In this document: in pieces, positions 11,641-23,534 of the stretch | Numbering within the stretch: position 1 is the first letter of the stretch | Layout: each line of letters opens with the position of its first letter | NCBI GenBank assembly: GCA_946965045.2 | Contig: OX337242.1 | Location: 2,294,001-2,358,000 of the forward strand | Origin: Epithemia pelagica | Lineage: Eukaryota > Protista > Bacillariophyta | DNA: 64,000 nucleotides | Reading direction: 5' to 3' | The notes under the pieces: model-generated | What the model saw: the letters and a program-made list of their open reading frames with translations, nothing else | Database searches by the model: none | What the model was told of the DNA's origin: nothing | Position numbers and translations under genes: made by a program

Positions 11641-12618
11641 ATGGATCGAATGATTTCAGAACTCGGTAGTGGTCGTCGTCGTTGCCTACGGCACATCATG
11701 AGGTGTCTCTTCCTGTTGCTGTTGTTGGTCGTGGTTCGTGGTTGTGACACAGCCCTCAAAACAGTCGTCGTCGTCCCTCCTTCCTCTTCCACTCCTCCAT
11801 CGGTCCCCTGGGGACTTGCTCCTGGCATGATTCTGTATGATCACGTGCGGGGTGGCCACCAACCACCACCACAACAAGAAAGCAACACTACGTTGTCCAC
11901 TACTGGTCCATCACCACCACAAACTCCAGCAGTACTAGAAGGTCACGACGACCAACCACCACAAGTGCTCCCTCGTATTCTTGGAGAAGAAATTCTCCAC
12001 AATCATTGGAGAAAATTGATCAATCGTCGCGTGCAACTTCCAACCACCACGCAACAGCAGATTGTTAATTTTGAACTCGTCTCGCAAGGAGATCACGGGG
12101 GGACTGTCTGCGATCAAGCCGTCCTGGTCTTTGTTTGGAATCAATCCACTCAAACGGCCGTCTTGATTCGAGAATACATGCCTTCGGTCCATGCCTTTCA
12201 ATTGGGTTTGGTGGCCGGCATGGTGGAACAAAAGCATGGTGTAGCTCCTAGTACCAACGACCCGTAAGCCGCCGCCGCCGTGGCTGCCCGAGACGAATTG
12301 GAAGAAGAAGCTCGTTTGGTGGGTGGCACGTGGATTGGTTTGTGTGCACCGACTGTGGTGGACAAGTACATGACCACACGTGTTACAGCCTACCTTGTGT
12401 TGAATCCGGAACCCGTGGCCAATCTAGACGAGGCCAAACCACGCGATGCGACCGAAGAGGGAGGCATGTTGCACGTGGTGCCCAATGTCACCGTGTCCCA
12501 ATTGAAGCGGGGGTTGGTCCAAGGACACTTTACCAGTTTGGCCGGATGGGCCATTCAATTGGCCTTGTCCAAACTGCAGGAACTGGGACTCGTCATGGTC
12601 GAGGACGACGAAAAATAG
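11641..12618 (+). pseudogene. Nudix hydrolase, the only 5'-complete copy, interrupted by a nonsense codon (TAA at 12265-12267)
   Basis: Signal-like MRCLFLLLLLVVVRG; LIREYMP; Nudix-box-like AGMVE...AARDELEEEARL. The other four copies read GAA at this codon. Confidence 0.85.
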
Positions 12619-12619
12619 A

Positions 12620-13600
12620 ACCAAGCAACGAGAGACATGCACTGGATACGACAATTCAGCAGCCATGCAACGCGAGGATCCCATGGTTACTGCGCACGCG
12701 CAATGTCGGAGGCAGGTCCGAGAAAACAGAAGCCATTTCACCAAACGTACTTCTGGACCCACGTTTCTGGTCTGCAGTTTGCAATCAATGGACATACAAA
12801 TAGCATAAAGACAATGGGGTTTTCATTATGGCTTGCTACTACGGACGACACAAGTCATAGCTCATAACGAAAACCAATCACACAAGTCTGAACTATATTA
12901 TCCAGGCGACGAGGCAACTGCAAGATCCAAATGATGATGGAGAGCACTTTTTTTCCGTCGGCGACAACAAATAGAGAACGAGAAACAGCATGTCGCACAT
13001 GCACCGGATATAATAAGTACAATCCAGCAGCCGAGCAACGCGAGCATCCCATGGTGACAGCGCAAGTCGGAGGCAGGTCCGGGAAACCATTTCCCCAAAC
13101 ACGAACCGGAACCACGTTTGTCTGCAGTTTCCAATCAATCTACCAGAGACATGCGCAGGGACAGTGTCCTGTGGGATAAACAGGTACAAATGGCTCCAAG
13201 AGACATTGTGGCTGTCATTATGGCTAGGGCAAATACGGACGACAAAAGTACTACCTAGCCCGAAACGAAAACCAATCACACAAGTCTGAACCATATCATC
13301 AAAGCAACGATGCCAATGCAAGATCCCCGGAAGCTGATAGAGAGCACTTCCTTCAGTCGGATTGAAAGTCATCGATTCACCATTGCGGGGAGACAAGTTT
13401 TATCTGCACATGGATATCCCTTTCGACAACACCGGGCGTTGTCGGAGGATACAGAAAATGTGGAAAGACAACTTTTTGGCATGCCGCCGGGCGCGATTGG
13501 ATAGTCGCGCTTCGTCATGGGTCGTGGTCTTGTTTCGTTTTGGTCGGTCGCGAGTGAGACCCGAACACTGCAGAGGTCACGGCACTCTCCATGCGACATG
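12620..13600 (-). pseudogene. Decayed Kelch-repeat gene remnant (copies at about 18263-19243, 35698-36678, 41341-42321, 46984-47964)
   Basis: Minus-strand fragments read FSDLPPTLRVRSNHGILALHGC*IVVSS and WFPGPASDLRCHHGMLALLGCWIVLIISG, resembling Kelch blades (compare TSRHSHGVVRVGSCLIVVGG at about 50.9 kb). Stops and frameshifts present; two diverged blocks of roughly 370 bp. Boundaries approximate. Confidence 0.5.
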
Positions 13601-13889
13601 AAAGTTTGTCACAGTAATCGACCCATTACTGACGTGTGAAGATTGGATTGGCTTATTGCAGTCGCCGTACTGTCCATTTGAAGTCGCTCCAAGATATGCG
13701 CGCGAGAAGATCTTAGAATGCAAAATCGTGACTACTCGAATCCAGCATACAGCGTTTCGTATTTTGTTTCGTTTGCTCTCAAAATTTCGAGGAGGAGGAG
13801 GGCGCCCCATTTCTGTCGTTTTATAAATCTGAGACGGTGAGCTTTTGGAAGGAGGGTAAGAGGTCTGACTTGACAGTTCAAGCTCGACC

Positions 13890-16800
13890 ATGAGTGAGGA
13901 GAGCTACTGTGAAAAAGATTGGGGCTTGGACTACAAATGCGATTATCCATTGCCCCGAAGTGCTTACAACCGGAGTGGTCCTGTATGCAATTCTCTTGCT
14001 CAGTATCTTTATGATCCAGCGAATTGTGACCCCGGATGGTGGTGTGGATGCTCCAGCACTATCGCTTCAGAGTGTGTGCCCTCCAACGACCGAAGCTTCA
14101 CCAAGTGGGGAGGACACTTCACGACAACGGACAGTGGAGGAAACGAGATCGTTTTGTATGGTCAGTTTAACGAGGGAGAAGGTGAATGTCCCTTGTCGTA
14201 CTACTGCCCAGGAAAAAGCAAGATTGATACCTGTGTGGATCTTTGTCCCCCCAAGTTTTACTGCCCGGATCCCGGCCAGGCCTTGGATTGCAGGGAAGAC
14301 TATTACTGCCCGATTGGAAGTTTTGAAGGAAAGAAATGCATCAATATGGAAACATGTGGTTCCACTGGACTTCGCCGCTTTGAAGTTGGTCCTGCCGTGT
14401 CTGTTATGATTTTCATTCTCATCGTGTCAGTTGCCTATCTCTTTCTCGGGCGATATCTGGTCGTACGCAATGCGCGCCGTCGTAAGGAGGCCATGATGAT
14501 TAAGCGCCAAATGACTGAAAGCGGAAAGCAGGTTGGTGGTGATGATGATGATGACGATGACCAAGAGGGCGAAGAACAGGCCAAAGAAGTTGAAGAGGGC
14601 GAAGAGATCGAAAGCCCTGCTCCGAAAAAGGAGAGGCGCCGCTCCACGTTATCGTCTCCCGATATGACGATTGACATCGAGTGTGAACGTCTCCGTTTGA
14701 CCATCCCCAAAGTGGGTACCATCATGCGTGGAGTCTCAGGGAAATTGGAACACGGGAAGTTGACTGCTATTATGGGACCCTCTGGTGCTGGTGAGTCCGC
14801 TTTGCATATTTCATCATGCAAATTGTTTTGTTGAAGCCCTAACTTTATCGTTCTTGCGTCAAGGTAAAACAACGTTCCTGTCTCTCATGTCGGGAAAAGT
14901 AGATCGCACGGGAGGAAAACTTCGTATTAACGGAGAGGAAGACGACCTCAGTGGTTTTAGGCGACTGATTGGCTTCGTTCCTCAAGAAGACATTGTAAGT
15001 CTCTTTTTTCGATAGAGTGGCTTCTTTTCATCGTTCCTCTGACAAAAGTGTTGTTTACGCTTCTCAATAGATGCTTCGTGAACTTACTGTTGAAGAGAAC
15101 ATTTACCACAGTGCCATGATGCGTCTTCCTGTTGAATGGAGCCATGAGAAGAAGAAGGAGCGTGTCGAAGAAATTCTTGAATCCCTGGAAATCGACCATG
15201 TGCGAGATACTGTAGTGGGTGATGAAAAGAAACGAGGAATCAGTGGAGGACAGCGAAAGCGTGTAAATATTGGCATGGAGTAAGTTTGTGAGAGTTTTGT
15301 TGGTAGGTCAGCCGTATACACCTTTTCCTTATTGCTCCCTGTTGTTGGTGATAACAGAATGGTGGTGCAGCCCAGTTTGCTTTGTTTGGACGAGTAAGTA
15401 CATATCAGGCCTGATTCAACTTTTCTGGCTATTTTTGTAAGATCAACCTTACCTCCTCATTCTTGCAGACCGACGAGTGGTCTTGACTCCACAACATCCT
15501 TCACGGTAGTGAACTCTTTGAAAGATATGGCAAGATCTGGTGCCAATGTTATCACAGTTCTCCATCAGCCCAAGTATGAGGTATGTTGCCACTGGGACAA
15601 CATTTTGCAACAGACCATTATGCTCTTACCATTCACAATGCATTCAGGTGTTTCAACTGTTCGACAATGTTCTGCTTTTGGGGCAGGGTGGTATGACCGT
15701 CTACTATGGGCCAACTTCTGGCATGGAGGATTACTTTGCGAAGCGTGGTTTCCTTTGTCCATCATTTTCGAATCCTGCTGATTTCTACATGGATGTCCTC
15801 TCCGGCATTATCCCGCATCCTGACAATGCGGACTGGCACAAAGAAGACCTTTTTGAAGAGTGGATGTGCGCCGACGAAAACCCAAACAAGGTGTCTCGTG
15901 AAGAGGCGAAGTCGACTATTGACGAGATTCGTAACGAAGACGCGGAAATAAACCTAAAGAACGAGGAAACTGACCGTCAAGAAGGCCGCTTTTTCATTGG
16001 ACGATTTTGTGCATTCTTGTGCAATGAGTTCAGTATGGTTTTTAAGCACATTTGGAGCAACGTCCGTCCTGACAAAACTGGTCGCAAGACTCCTGGAGCT
16101 TTATCACAAACCTATCTTTTGTTCATCCGTGCGAGTAGACAACGTCTTCGTTCTCCATTCGCCACGATTTTGAACATTTTTCTCATGTTGATAGCCGGTT
16201 CGGTTGTTACACTTTCGGCTGGTGAGGACATCAATTTCTACGCTGGTATTCCTAAGAACGTTCAGGAGGGCAACACCGGCCAAGAAGCTTACTTGCAGCA
16301 GAATGTTCAGCCAGTTGATATTGTTCCTGTTACCATGCTCACCGTTTATTTCTTTCTGCTGATGATTTCATGTCTTTCCGTGAATGTCTACGGCCCGGAA
16401 CGTACGGTATTCTTCCGAGATACGGCTGTGGGTCAGAGCGTGTTTTCGTACTGGGTTGCGAAAACCACTGATACCTTGATTTGGCTACCTATTTATACCT
16501 GCGCGTTTGTACTTTTGGGATATCATGGAGAGGCATGGTTGATTCAACCTTTGCGGAGCTACTGGGTTTTCCTCTTTCTCGATATTGTGGGATTCTACAG
16601 TTTTGGTATGCTTGCAAGTCTCTTGGTTGGACCCTCCAGTGCTGCTTTGCTTGCTCTCGTCTTTGGTGTTGTTGTTGTGCTCCAATTCTCATGTACTGTC
16701 TCTGCGTACGGAGACGCAGACTCAGGCCGTCAAACCTTTACGAATTTTTGGTTTGTTTTCTGGAGCACTCAAGGTCTGGCTTCGAAAGAATACGATCAGT

Positions 16801-17114
16801 ACACCTATGCCTTCAACGTGACTCGTTTGAATGACGAGACACCTGATAGGTACAACAATGAATTAGGTATCGGTATACAGACAGTTGGTGGTACGTTTGA
16901 AAATCAATTCGAGAACTCGTAAGGGATTCTTCTATGCATATGTGGATTCTAACGACACTATTTGCTGTTAATTTCTTCAGCCGGAGTTGGCAAGGGTTTT
17001 GACCTAGATTCAAGCTACCCGAGAAATGCTGCCTTATGTGCCTTGACCGCATTTGCCTGGTATATCATTGTTCTTTGGACACTGAAGACAAAGGATCACA
17101 GGAAGCATCGTTAG
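13890..17114 (+). CDS. ABCG (White-like) half-transporter with Cys-rich N-terminal domain, copy 1 (921 aa)
   Basis: Exons 13890-14790, 14864-14994, 15071-15279, 15358-15393, 15469-15580, 15648-16890, 16981-17114. All introns are GT-AG and the spliced length is 2766 nt. Splicing reconstructs Walker A GPSGAG|KTT, Q-loop GFVPQEDI, signature ISGGQRKRVNIG, Walker B LLCLDE|PTSGLDS and H-loop VLHQP; C-terminal TMD. Confidence 0.95.
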
Positions 17115-17512
17115 GAATGCGAATTCCAAGGAGATATTGAAAGTATTCAAGTAAATGTTGCATGTTGAGAGTTGCCATTGAATGATCGATTGATTGATCA
17201 TTGAAAATCAAAAAAAGAAAGTTGTGTGTCAGGTTGAAAAAGTGAGAGAGCAGTAAATATAACATGTTTTAGGAAATTGGCCTTCATGTCTACTCAGTTG
17301 TGAGTCAGTAGTAGGAAATTGGCCTTAAACTTGGTTCGTTTCCCGCTCTCTCCTAGCAGGAAGATCTCCTTAAAAAAGGAATAGCACGAAAGTATGCGGA
17401 CAACTTTTCAAGTCTTCATTGGTTCCATGATGTCTTGTTCCGTCGTGGCATCGCAAGAAGTTTTCTGTTTGTCGAACGATCGGTGAGAATTTCCATTTAG
17501 TTCGGCACAATT

Positions 17513-18261
17513 CACAACAAGAAAGCAACACTACGTTGTCCACTACTGGTCCATCACCACCACAAACTCCAGCAGTACTAGAAGGTCACGACGACCAACC
17601 ACCACAAGTGCTCCCTCGTATTCTTGGAGAAGAAATTCTCCACAATCATTGGAGAAAATTGATCAATCGTCGCGTGCAACTTCCAACCACCACGCAACAG
17701 CAGATTGTTAATTTTGAACTCGTCTCGCAAGGAGATCACGGGGGGACTATCTGCGATCAAGCCGTCCTGGTCTTTGTTTGGAATCAATCCACTCAAACGG
17801 CCGTCTTGATTCGAGAATACATGCCTTCGGTCCATGCCTTTCAATTGGGTTTGGTGGCCGGCATGGTGGAACAAAAGCATGGTGTAGCTCCTAGTACCAA
17901 CGACCCGGAAGCCGCCGCCGCCGTGGCTGCCCGAGACGAATTGGAAGAAGAAGCTCGTTTGGTGGGTGGCACGTGGATTGGTTTGTGTGCACCGACTGTG
18001 GTGGACAAGTACATGACCACACGTGTTACAGCCTACCTTGTGTTGAATCCGGAACCCGTGGCCAATCTAGACGAGGCCAAACCACGCGATGCGACCGAAG
18101 AGGGAGGCATGTTGCACGTGGTGCCCAATGTCACCGTGTCCCAATTGAAGCGGGGGTTGGTCCAAGGACACTTTACCAGTTTGGCCGGATGGGCCATTCA
18201 ATTGGCCTTGTCCAAACTGCAGGAACTGGGACTCGTCATGGTCGAGGACGACGAAAAATAG
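17513..18261 (+). pseudogene. 5'-truncated Nudix hydrolase copy 2
   Basis: Begins at the array junction and lacks the promoter and the first 76 codons; in-frame TGA at 17428 with no ATG before the junction. Nudix box intact. Confidence 0.85.
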
Positions 18262-19532
18262 AACCAAGCAACGAGAGACATGCACTGGATACGACAATTC
18301 AGCAGCCATGCAACGCGAGGATCCCATGGTTACTGCGCACGCGCAATGTCGGAGGCAGGTCCGAGAAAACAGAAGCCATTTCACCAAACGTACTTCTGGA
18401 CCCACGTTTCTGGTCTGCAGTTTGCAATCAATGGACATACAAATAGCATAAAGACAATGGGGTTTTCATTATGGCTTGCTACTACGGACGACACAAGTCA
18501 TAGCTCATAACGAAAACCAATCACACAAGCCTGAACTATATTATCCAGGCGACGAGGCAACTGCAAGATCCAAATGATGATGGAGAGCACTTTTTTTCCG
18601 TCGGCGACAACAAATAGAGAACGAGAAACAGCATGTCGCACATGCACCGGATATAATAAGTACAATCCAGCAGCCGAGCAACGCGAGCATCCCATGGTGA
18701 CAGCGCAAGTCGGAGGCAGGTCCGGGAAACCATTTCCCCAAACACGAACCGGAACCACGTTTGTCTGCAGTTTCCAATCAATCTACCAGAGACATGCGCA
18801 GGGACAGTGTCCTGTGGGATAAACAGGTACAAATGGCTCCAAGAGACATTGTGGCTGTCATTATGGCTAGGGCAAATACGGACGACAAAAGTACTACCTA
18901 GCCCGAAACGAAAACCAATCACACAAGTCTGAACCATATCATCAAAGCAACGATGCCAATGCAAGATCCCCGGAAGCTGATAGAGAGCACTTCCTTCAGT
19001 CGGATTGAAAGTCATCGATTCACCATTGCGGGGAGACAAGTTTTATCTGCACATGGATATCCCTTTCGACAACACCGGGCGTTGTCGGAGGATACAGAAA
19101 ATGTGGAAAGACAACTTTTTGGCATGCCGCCGGGCGCGATTGGATAGTCGCGCTTCGTCATGGGTCGTGGTCTTGTTTCGTTTTGGTCGGTCGCGAGTGA
19201 GACCCGAACACTGCAGAGGTCACGGCACTCTCCATGCGACATGAAAGTTTGTCACAGTAATCGACCCATTACTGACGTGTGAAGATTGGATTGGCTTATT
19301 GCAGTCGCCGTACTGTCCATTTGAAGTCGCTCCAAGATATGCGCGCGAGAAGATCTTAGAATGCAAAATCGTGACTACTCGAATCCAGCATACAGCGTTT
19401 CGTATTTTGTTTCGTTTGCTCTCAAAATTTCGAGGAGGAGGAGGGCGCCCCATTTCTGTCGTTTTATAAATCTGAGACGGTGAGCTTTTGGAAGGAGGGT
19501 AAGAGGTCTGACTTGACAGTTCAAGCTCGACC

Positions 19533-22500
19533 ATGAGTGAGGAGAGCTACTGTGAAAAAGATTGGGGCTTGGACTACAAATGCGATTATCCATTGCCCCG
19601 AAGTGCTTACAACCGGAGTGGTCCTGTATGCAATTCTCTTGCTCAGTATCTTTATGATCCAGCGAATTGTGACCCCGGATGGTGGTGTGGATGCTCCAGC
19701 ACTATCGCTTCAGAGTGTGTGCCCTCCAACGACCGAAGCTTCACCAAGTGGGGAGGACACTTCACGACAACGGACAGTGGAGGAAACGAGATCGTTTTGT
19801 ATGGTCAGTTTAACGAGGGAGAAGGTGAATGTCCCTTGTCGTACTACTGCCCAGGAAAAAGCAAGATTGATACCTGTGTGGATCTTTGTCCCCCCAAGTT
19901 TTACTGCCCGGATCCCGGCCAGGCCTTGGATTGCAGGGAAGACTATTACTGCCCGATTGGAAGTTTTGAAGGAAAGAAATGCATCAATATGGAAACATGT
20001 GGTTCCACTGGACTTCGCCGCTTTGAAGTTGGTCCTGCCGTGTCTGTTATGATTTTCATTCTCATCGTGTCAGTTGCCTATCTCTTTCTCGGGCGATTTC
20101 TGGTCGTACGCAATGCGCGCCGTCGTAAGGAAGCCATGATGATTAAGCGCCAAATGACTGAAAGCGGAAAGCAGGTTGGTGGTGATGATGATGATGACGA
20201 TGTCCAAGAGGGCGAAGAACAGGCCAAAGAAGTTGAAGAGGGCGAAGAGATCGAAAGCCCTGCTCCGAAAAAGGAGAGGCGCCGCTCCACGTTATCGTCT
20301 CCCGATATGACGATTGACATCGAGTGTGAACGTCTCCGTTTGACCATCCCCAAAGTGGGTACCATCATGCGTGGAGTCTCAGGGAAATTGGAACACGGGA
20401 AGTTGACTGCTATTATGGGACCCTCTGGTGCTGGTGAGTCCGCTTTGCATATTTCATCATGCAAATTGTTTTGTTGAAGCCCTAACTTTATCGTTCTTGC
20501 GTCAAGGTAAAACAACGTTCCTGTCTCTCATGTCGGGAAAAGTAGATCGCACGGGAGGAAAACTTCGTATTAACGGAGAGGAAGACGACCTCAGTGGTTT
20601 TAGGCGACTGATTGGCTTCGTTCCTCAAGAAGATATTGTAAGTCTCTTTTTTCGATAGAGTGGCTTCTTTTCATCGTTCCTCTGACAAAAGTGTTGTTTA
20701 CGCTTCTCAATAGATGCTTCGTGAACTTACTGTTGAAGAGAACATTTACCACAGTGCCATGATGCGTCTTCCTGTTGAATGGAGCCATGAGAAGAAGAAG
20801 GAGCGTGTCGAAGAAATTCTTGAATCCCTGGAAATCGACCATGTGCGAGATACTGTAGTGGGTGATGAAAAGAAACGAGGAATCAGTGGAGGACAGCGAA
20901 AGCGTGTAAATATTGGCATGGAGTAAGTTTGTGAGAGTTTTGTTGGTAGGTCAGCCGTATACACCTTTTCCTTATTGCTCCCTGTTGTTGGTGATAAAAG
21001 AATGGTGGTGCAGCCCAGTTTGCTTTGTTTGGACGAGTAAGTACATATCAGGCCTGATTCAACTTTTCTGGCTCTTTTTGTAAGATCAACCTTACCTCCT
21101 CATTCTTGCAGACCGACGAGTGGTCTTGACTCCACAACATCCTTCACGGTAGTGAACTCTTTGAAAGATATGGCAAGATCTGGTGCCAATGTTATCACAG
21201 TTCTCCATCAGCCCAAGTATGAGGTATGTTGCCACTGGGACAACATTTTGCAACAGACCATTATGCTCTTACCATTCACAATGCATTCAGGTGTTTCAAC
21301 TGTTCGACAATGTTCTGCTTTTGGGGCAGGGTGGTATGACCGTCTACTATGGGCCAACTTCTGGCATGGAGGATTACTTTGCGAAGCGTGGTTTCCTTTG
21401 TCCATCATTTTCGAATCCTGCTGATTTCTACATGGATGTCCTCTCCGGCATTATCCCGCATCCTGACAATGCGGACTGGCACAAAGAAGACCTTTTTGAA
21501 GAGTGGATGTGCGCCGACGAAAACCCAAACAAGGTGTCTCGTGAAGAGGCGAAGTCGACTATTGACGAGATTCGTAACGAAGACGCGGAAATAAACCTAA
21601 AGAACGAGGAAACTGACCGTCAAGAAGGCCGCTTTTTCATTGGACGATTTTGTGCATTCTTGTGCAATGAGTTCAGTATGGTTTTTAAGCACATTTGGAG
21701 CAACGTCCGTCCTGACAAAACTGGTCGCAAGACTCCTGGAGCTTTATCACAAACCTATCTTTTGTTCATCCGTGCGAGTAGACAACGTCTTCGTTCTCCA
21801 TTCGCCACGATTTTGAACATTTTTCTCATGTTGATAGCCGGTTCGGTTGTTACACTTTCGGCTGGTGAGGACATCAATTTCTACGCTGGTATTCCTAAGA
21901 ACGTTCAGGAGGGCAACACCGGCCAAGAAGCTTACTTGCAGCAGAATGTTCAGCCAGTTGATATTGTTCCTGTTACCATGCTCACCGTTTATTTCTTTCT
22001 GCTGATGATTTCATGTCTTTCCGTGAATGTCTACGGCCCGGAACGTACGGTATTCTTCCGAGATACGGCTGTGGGTCAGAGCGTGTTTTCGTACTGGGTT
22101 GCGAAAACCACTGATACCTTGATTTGGCTACCTATTTATACCTGCGCGTTTGTACTTTTGGGATATCATGGAGAGGCATGGTTGATTCAACCTTTGCGGA
22201 GCTACTGGGTTTTCCTCTTTCTCGATATTGTGGGATTCTACGGTTTTGGTATGCTTGCAAGTCTCTTGGTTGGACCCTCCAGTGCTGCTTTGCTTGCTCT
22301 CGTCTTTGGTGTTGTTGTTGTGCTCCAATTCTCATGTACTGTCTCTGCGTACGGAGACGCAGACTCAGGCCGTCAAACCTTTACGAATTTTTGGTTTGTT
22401 TTCTGGAGCACTCAAGGTCTGGCTTCGAAAGAATACGATCAGTACACCTATGCCTTCAACGTGACTCGTTTGAATGACGAGACACCTGATAGGTACAACA

Positions 22501-22757
22501 ATGAATTAGGTATCGGTATACAGACAGTTGGTGGTACGTTTGAAAATCAATTCGAGAACTCGTAAGGGATTCTTCTATGCATATGTGGATTCTAACGACA
22601 CTATTTGCTGTTAATTTTTTCAGCCGGAGTTGGCAAGGGTTTTGACCTAGATTCAAGCTACCCGAGAAATGCTGCCTTATGTGCCTTGACCGCATTTGCC
22701 TGGTATATCATTGTTCTTTGGACACTGAAGACAAAGGATCACAGGAAGCATCGTTAG
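19533..22757 (+). CDS. ABCG half-transporter, copy 2
   Basis: Copy 1 +5643; same exon structure and ORF lengths; intron 3 acceptor is AAG rather than CAG (about 20998). Confidence 0.93.
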
Positions 22758-23534
22758 GAATGCGAATTCCAAGGAGATATTGAAAGTATTCAAGTAAATG
22801 TTGCATGTTGAGAGTTGCCATTGAATGATCGATTGATTGATCATTGAAAATCAAAAAAAGAAAGTTGTGTGTCAGGTTGAAAAAGTGAGAGAGCAGTAAA
22901 TATAACATGTTTTAGGAAATTGGCCTTCATGTCTACTCAGTTGTGAGTCAGTAGTAGGAAATTGGCCTTAAACTTGGTTCGTTTCCCGCTCTCTCCTAGC
23001 AGGAAGATCTCCTTAAAAAAGGAATAGCACGAAAGTATGCGGACAACTTTTCAAGTCTTCATTGGTTCCATGATGTCTTGTTCCGTCGTGGCATCGCAAG
23101 AAGTTTTCTGTTTGTCGAACGATCAGTGAAAATTTCCATTTAGTTCGGCACAATTCACAACAAGAAAGCAACACTACGTTGTCCACTACTGGTCCATCAC
23201 CACCACAAACTCCAGCAGTACTAGAAGGTCACGACGACCAACCACCACAAGTGCTCCCTCGTATTCTTGGAGAAGAAATTCTCCACAATCATTGGAGAAA
23301 ATTGAAATTGCCTTAAAAGCTGGTTCCGTCTCGGACGAGAGGCTGCCAAGAGATCGGCCAATAACCTGTCGAGTCCGAACGAGAAGTCTGGCTAGTAGTC
23401 ATAACACAACCTATCCTAGTTAATCATTGCCTTGAAGCAGATAGTGTTGACAGTCCATAGCTAAAACCCGAATTTCGACAATGGCTAATTTCACTAGTAT
23501 CTGTTACGACTATGGACTATGGATCTGTGGACGA

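Noticed and set aside
12264-12390. The G>T change in Nudix copy 1 creates a GTAAGC donor that might splice out the stop
   Set aside because: The nearest plausible acceptor (TTACAG) would shift the frame and delete the Nudix box, so it would not rescue the protein.
13753-17512. Block B as a Helitron or Pack-TIR capture
   Set aside because: No 5'-TC/3'-CTRR ends, terminal hairpin or TIR pair at the B boundaries on either strand.
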